Under the pieces are notes generated by a model that saw nothing but the letters and a program-made list of their open reading frames with translations, made no database searches and had not been told where the DNA came from. A stretch of 64,000 bases of DNA, taken from Yuukianura sp. NJ FZ-2021 (taxonomy: Eukaryota). The DNA lies in assembly GCA_046563655.1 (NCBI GenBank), contig JAJCTO010000017.1, positions 62,001 to 126,000 of the forward strand, in the 5' to 3' direction. Every line of letters begins with the position of its first letter. Within the stretch, counting starts at the first letter, position 1. Of the stretch, positions 58,463 to 64,000 are shown piece by piece. Made by a program: the position numbers and the translations under genes.

Positions 58463-60461
58463 TATTTTTATTGTCGCGAACTGTGATGAAAGATACAACT
58501 TACACCTGCCATTGGCAGGTTGAGAGATTTAAGAAGGACGTTAATGATTAAAGCATGTAGATTTCGTAGAGTTCTTTTCCGGGTGGTATGGTTCCCAATA
58601 TAGAAGTACTGTTTCCTCGCTGAATGGCGAGACTGATGCGTTGAAATAGGAAGGAACTTGCTCGATTGTCACCAGTGGCTTCTGAGAGGCGATGTCCAAT
58701 TGAATTGAGTAGACGTAAGCCTTCTTCTCCGTAAACTCCAGTTGTCTCCACTGCGATGATGGAAACGAAAAATCGACAATCAAGGTCACGGTAGATGTCA
58801 TGTTTTTGGATTTCAGCTAAGGCGGCAGGATGACCACGGCATGAAGATGATGTTGGTAGGTAAGATGCGGCAAATGTATCACGACAGGTGAAATCCCACG
58901 CAAGGCATCGACCGGACTTCCAAGGGACTAGAGTAACGCCATCCGGTCTCTTGCCGTCAGTTCTGGAACAACCGGAGGGTTCCTTGATGCAAGGGATGCC
59001 TGCTGTCCGAAGAGATCTGGAGATAATGTCGTTCACTGAAGCATGTCTTGCTTGTCTTCCTGCGCTTCTGGTGCAGCTTAATCCATGCAAACCATCACTC
59101 GAAACTGAAACTCCGCAAGGGCAGCGATGTTGTTGACAAATTTCAGTTCCTAAGCGGACAGCACAGGATATTCGGAAGTGTTCGTCGGCTAGGAGCGTTC
59201 CCAGTGGGGGGATGGAATAGCATGTAGCCAATCACCAGAGTGAGGGGCACAAACAGCGAGCAGACGGGCCTTGTCAGTCAGATTGGAGGAGTTTTGGACC
59301 AATTGAGAGTAAATTTGATTGAAAAGCTGCATTTCCCATCGTTTTTGAATTTTGCCGTCTATTGGTGTTTCGAACCCCATTTCGGACCAATTGAGAGAAG
59401 CGATATCCATGGAGGCGTCAAAAGGTGACAGATGAGATGGTAGAAAGGTAGAGATTAATTCGGCACAACTATTGACTGAGGCCAAAAACGAAAAAGTAGC
59501 ACTGTCAACTGCATGGCGAATACCTAAACCCCCTTGATTCACCGGCAATGAAGACTGGGACCAGGCTTCTTCAGTCAAATTTGAATTGAGGATTGATTCC
59601 AATACGTTGCGTAAAGATGAGTCATATGTTGAAAGAAGGTCAGTTTCCAGGAATGATGGAGAGCATCTGAGGAAATATAATAGTCTTGGAGTGGATACTG
59701 ATGCCCGAAGTAGGAAGAACGCTATATGGGCAGGAAGAGACGACAGTTTTGAGGATAGTGACTTGAAATCTTCTGTCTTCGATTTGAGAATACGTCGTGA
59801 AGAATCTCTGAAAAGAGGGGCACCCAAGAGTTCCGCTTGCTCCTTATCAGGAAACATAAAGTCAGGATAAATTGAGTGGAAGGCGTCGGAGATCAAAGTT
59901 TTTTCTGTCGTATCAGCAGATAGAATAATTACTTCACATTTCTTCATGTTTAGATGTAATCCAAATGAAGAGGCATTAGATTGGATCATTTTGAGATTTT
60001 CCAGTACAATGTCAGGAGAGTCAGCGATAGTTGCGTCATCTAAGTACCATGAATTCAATTCTGTAGTTAAAGATGAGGCTAGTGGATGAACGGTTAAGGC
60101 GAAAAGCGCAGGTCCCAGTGGGTCACCTTGTTGGATGCCTAACTTTGATTTGATACAGTTGGAATGGTGGAACAGGTCTGTTTCGATGGAATAAGCTTGA
60201 GAGACGAAATTAAAGAAATCCGGGAGATGGTATTTGACAGTTTTCAGCATCTGGTCCCTTCGGATGAGATTGAAGGCATTTCGAAAATCCATCTTCACGA
60301 GGAGTGATTGGCGTTGCAGTAGATTCTGGCGGCATGGGCGACAGCTTCAGCTCCGTTCTTGACGCCGACACCTACTTGAATTGGACTCAACACGGACGTG
60401 ATAACGTTCATCGAGCGAGCAAGGATTAGTTTTGAAACAAGACGTCTCCATGTGAGGCCGA
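58463..60461 (-). mobile_element. CRE-clade RLE non-LTR retrotransposon, 5'-truncated (CRE-B)
   Basis: 8-bp TSD TGGAAAAT (58455-58462 and 60462-60469); truncated at IGLTWRR inside the RT; AATAAA at the 3' end; protein collinear with CRE-A. Confidence 0.93.
58548..60461 (-). pseudogene. CRE-B RT and RLE in three frameshifted pieces (60295-60461, 59189-60298, 58548-59231)
   Basis: QVGVG, DFRNAFN, QQGDPLGP, WYLDD, CPCG..HGLSC, RH, RPDG, WDFT. Confidence 0.9.
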
Positions 60462-63400
60462 TGGAAAATACTTTTTTATATTTCCTACCGACTAGCACAT
60501 TAAATACATCATGTCTGAAAACTTCTGCACAACAATAGTCTGAAATTGTTATTTAGCACAGCATCACCATACCACAAGTGCATAAGTCTAACTACGATTT
60601 AGGTTTAACTTAGGGTTGAAACTATACAACAAGGTGTTAAACGTTCTGAAAAATGGAATTTATGCCTTGTTACCGCTCATACCAAAATTCTTGGTATTCA
60701 TCAAATAACGGTCCACTACGTCGTAGTGCATAACTGACTAAATCACACGTTGAAAAACATGTTGTCAGCGTCCATCCTCGAGCTCAAGCTAGAAGTGCCG
60801 GTGAAGTGTCCAGCTTGCCTTTATGTCAGATGCAAACCATGAGTTCTCACTTTGACACCATGAATCATGATAACTCACACGTCGATGGAACTTCAGGGAA
60901 AAACCGACTATTACATTTTTTAAATCAAAATTGAACATTCAGCATTTTTGGCCATTTTTGGATAAAATTTTTGGAAAATACTTTTTTATATTTCCTACCG
61001 ACTAGCACATTAAATACATCATGTCTGAAAACTTCTGCCCAACAATAGTCTGAAATTGTTATTTAGCACAGCATCACCATACCACAAGTGCATAAGTCTA
61101 ACTACGATTTAGGTTTAACTTACGGTTGAAACTACACAACAAGGTGTTAAACGTTCTGAAAAATGGAATTTATGCCTTGTTACCGCTCATACCAAAATTC
61201 TTGGTATTCATCAAATAACGGTCCACTTCGTCGTAGTGCATAACTGACTAAATCACACGTTGAAAAACATGTTGTCAGCCTCCATCCTTGAGCTTAAACT
61301 AGAAGTGCCGGTGAAGTGTCAAGAATGCCTTCACTTCACATGCAAACCATGCGTTCTCACTTTGACACCATGAATCATGATAACTCACACGTCGATGGAA
61401 CTTCAGGGAAAAACCGACTATTACATTTTTTAAATCAAAATTGAACATTCAGCATTTTTGGCCATTTTTGGATAAAATTTTTGGAAAATACTTTTTTATA
61501 TTTCCTACCGACTAGCACATTAAATACATCATGTCTGAAAACTTCTGCCCAACAATAGTCTGAAATTGTTATTTAGCACAGCATCACCATACCACAAGTG
61601 CATAAGTCTAACTACGATTTAGGTTTAACTTACGGTTGAAACTATACAACAAGGTGTTAAACGTTCTGAAAAATGGAATTTATGCCTTGTTACCGCTCAT
61701 ACCAAAATTCTTGGTATTCATCAAATAACGGTCCACTTCGTCGTAGTGCATAACTGACTAAATCACACGTTGAAAAACATGTTGTCAGCCTCCATCCTTG
61801 AGCTTAAACTAGAAGTGCCGGTGAAGTGTCAAGCATGCCTTCACTTCACATGCAAACCATGAGTTCTCACTTTGACACCATGAATCATGAGAACTCACAC
61901 GTCGATGGAACTTCAGGGAAAAACCGACTATTACATTTTTTAAATCAAAATTGAACATTCAGCATTTTTGGCCATTTTTGGATAAAATTTTTGGAAAATA
62001 CTTTTTTATATTTCCTACCGACTAGCACATTAAATACATCATGTCTGAAAACTTCTGCCCAACAATAGTCTGAAATTGTTATTTAGCACAGCATCACCAT
62101 ACCACAAGTGCATAAGTCTAACTACGATTTAGGTTTAACTTAGGGTTGAAACTATACAACAAGGTGTTAAACGTTCTGAAAAATGGAATTTATGCCTTGT
62201 TACCGCTCATACCAAAATTCTTGGTATTCATCAAATAACGGTCCACTTCGTCGTAGTGCATAACTGACTAAATCACACGTTGAAAAACATGTTGTCAGCC
62301 TCCATCCTTGAGCTTAAACTAGAAGTGCCGGTGAAGTGTCAAGCATGCCTTCACTTCACATGCAAACCATGCGTTCTCACTTTGACACCATGAATCATGA
62401 TAACTCACACGTCGATGGAACTTCAGGGAAAAACCGACTATTACATTTTCTAAATCAAAATTGAACATTCAGCATTTTTGGCCATTTTTGGATAAAATTT
62501 TTGGAAAATACTTTTTTATATTTCCTACCGACTAGCACATTAAATACATCATGTCTGAAAACTTCTGCCCAACAATAGTCTGAAATTGTTATTTAGCACA
62601 GCATCACCATACCACAAGTGCATAAGTCTAACTACGATTTAGGTTTAACTTACGGTTGAAACTATACAACAAGGTGTTAAACGTTCTGAAAAATGGAATT
62701 TATGCCTTGTTACCGCTCATACCAAAATTCTTGGTATTCATCAAATAACGGTCCACTTCGTCGTAGTGCATAACTGACTAAATCACACGTTGAAAAACAT
62801 GTTGTCAGCCTCCATCCTTGAGCTTAAACTAGAAGTGCCGGTGAAGTGTCAAGCATGCCTTCACTTCACATGCAAACCATGAGTTCTCACTTTGACACCA
62901 TGAATCATGAGAACTCACACGTCGATGGAACTTCAGGGAAAAACCGACTATTACATTTTCTAAATCAAAATTGAACATTCAGCATTTTTGGCCATTTCTG
63001 AATAGAAATTTTTGGAAAATACTTTTTTATATTTCCTACCGACTAGCACATTAAATACATCATGTCTGAAAACTTCTGCCCAACAATAGTCTGAAATTGT
63101 TATTTAGCACAGCATCACCATACCACAAGTGCATAAGTCTAACTACGATTTAGGTTTAACTTACGGTTGAAACAATACAACAAGGTGTTAAACGTTCTGA
63201 AAAATGGAATTTATGCCTTGTTACCGCTCATACCAAAATTCTTGGTATTCATCAAATAACGGTCCACTTCGTCGTAGTGCATAACTGACTAAATCACACG
63301 TTGAAAAACATGTTGTCAGCCTCCATCCTTGAGCTTAAACTAGAAGTGCCGGTGAAGTGTCAAGCATGCCTTCACTTCACATGCAAACCATGAGTTCTCA

Positions 63401-64000
63401 CTTTGACACCATGAATCATGAGAACTCACACGTCGATGGAACTTCAGGGAAAAACCGACTATTACATTTTCTAAATCAAAATTGAACATTCAGCATTTTT
63501 GGCCATTTCTGAATAGAAATTTTGGAAAATACTTTTTTATATTTCCTACCGACTAGCACATTAAATACATCATGTCTGAAAACTTCTGCCCAACAATAGT
63601 CTGGAAATTGTTATTTAGCACAGCATCACCATACCACAAGTGCATAAGTCTAACTACGATTTAGGTTTAACTTAGGGTTGAAACTATACAACAAGGTGTT
63701 AAACGTTCTGAAAAATGGAATTTATGCCTTGTTACCGCTCATACCAAAATTCTTGGTATTCATCAAATAACGGTCCACTTCGTCGTAGTGCATAACTGAC
63801 TAAATCACACGTTGAAAAACATGTTGTCAGCCTCCATCCTTGAGCTTAAACTAGAAGTGCCGGTGAAGTGTCAAGCATGCCTTCACTTCACATGCAAACC
63901 ATGAGTTCTCACTTTGACACCATGAATCATGATAACTCACACGTCGATGGAACTTCAGGGAAAAACCGACTATTACATTTTCTAAATCAAAATTGAACAT
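60462..64000. repeat. ~510-bp tandem repeat array (continued to window end)
   Basis: About 7 further monomers, in phase with the left part. Confidence 0.97.

Noticed and set aside
60462..60498. N-terminus MLVGRKYKKVFS of ORF 60295-60498
   Set aside because: It derives from the 510-bp repeat beyond the 5' truncation point.

Overview
This is eukaryotic heterochromatin (probably an invertebrate; centromeric or pericentromeric by inference), not prokaryotic DNA, and it contains no host genes. Bases 1-~49.6 kb are a same-orientation array of a ~128-bp AT-rich satellite with two monomer types. Bases ~54.6-64 kb are an unrelated ~510-bp tandem repeat. The arrays carry these insertions: (1) an apparently full-length CRE-clade (restriction-like endonuclease) non-LTR retrotransposon; (2) a complete Ty1/Copia element; (3) a 502-bp solo LTR; (4) two copies of a defective piggyBac element, duplicated together with flanking satellite; (5) a 5'-truncated BEL/Pao element sitting exactly at the junction of the two satellites; (6) a second, 5'-truncated CRE-clade element in the 510-bp array. 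Two candidates stand out. The CRE element's ORF carries a ~35x13-aa repeat followed by an RFX-type winged-helix domain, and two consensus RFX X-box sites lie 60 bp apart around its own start codons. The Copia element's pol runs in-frame into a class-I-fusion-protein-like env. Domain calls were made by eye from motifs and need HMM or structure confirmation. Several frameshifts fall in homopolymers and could be long-read errors.
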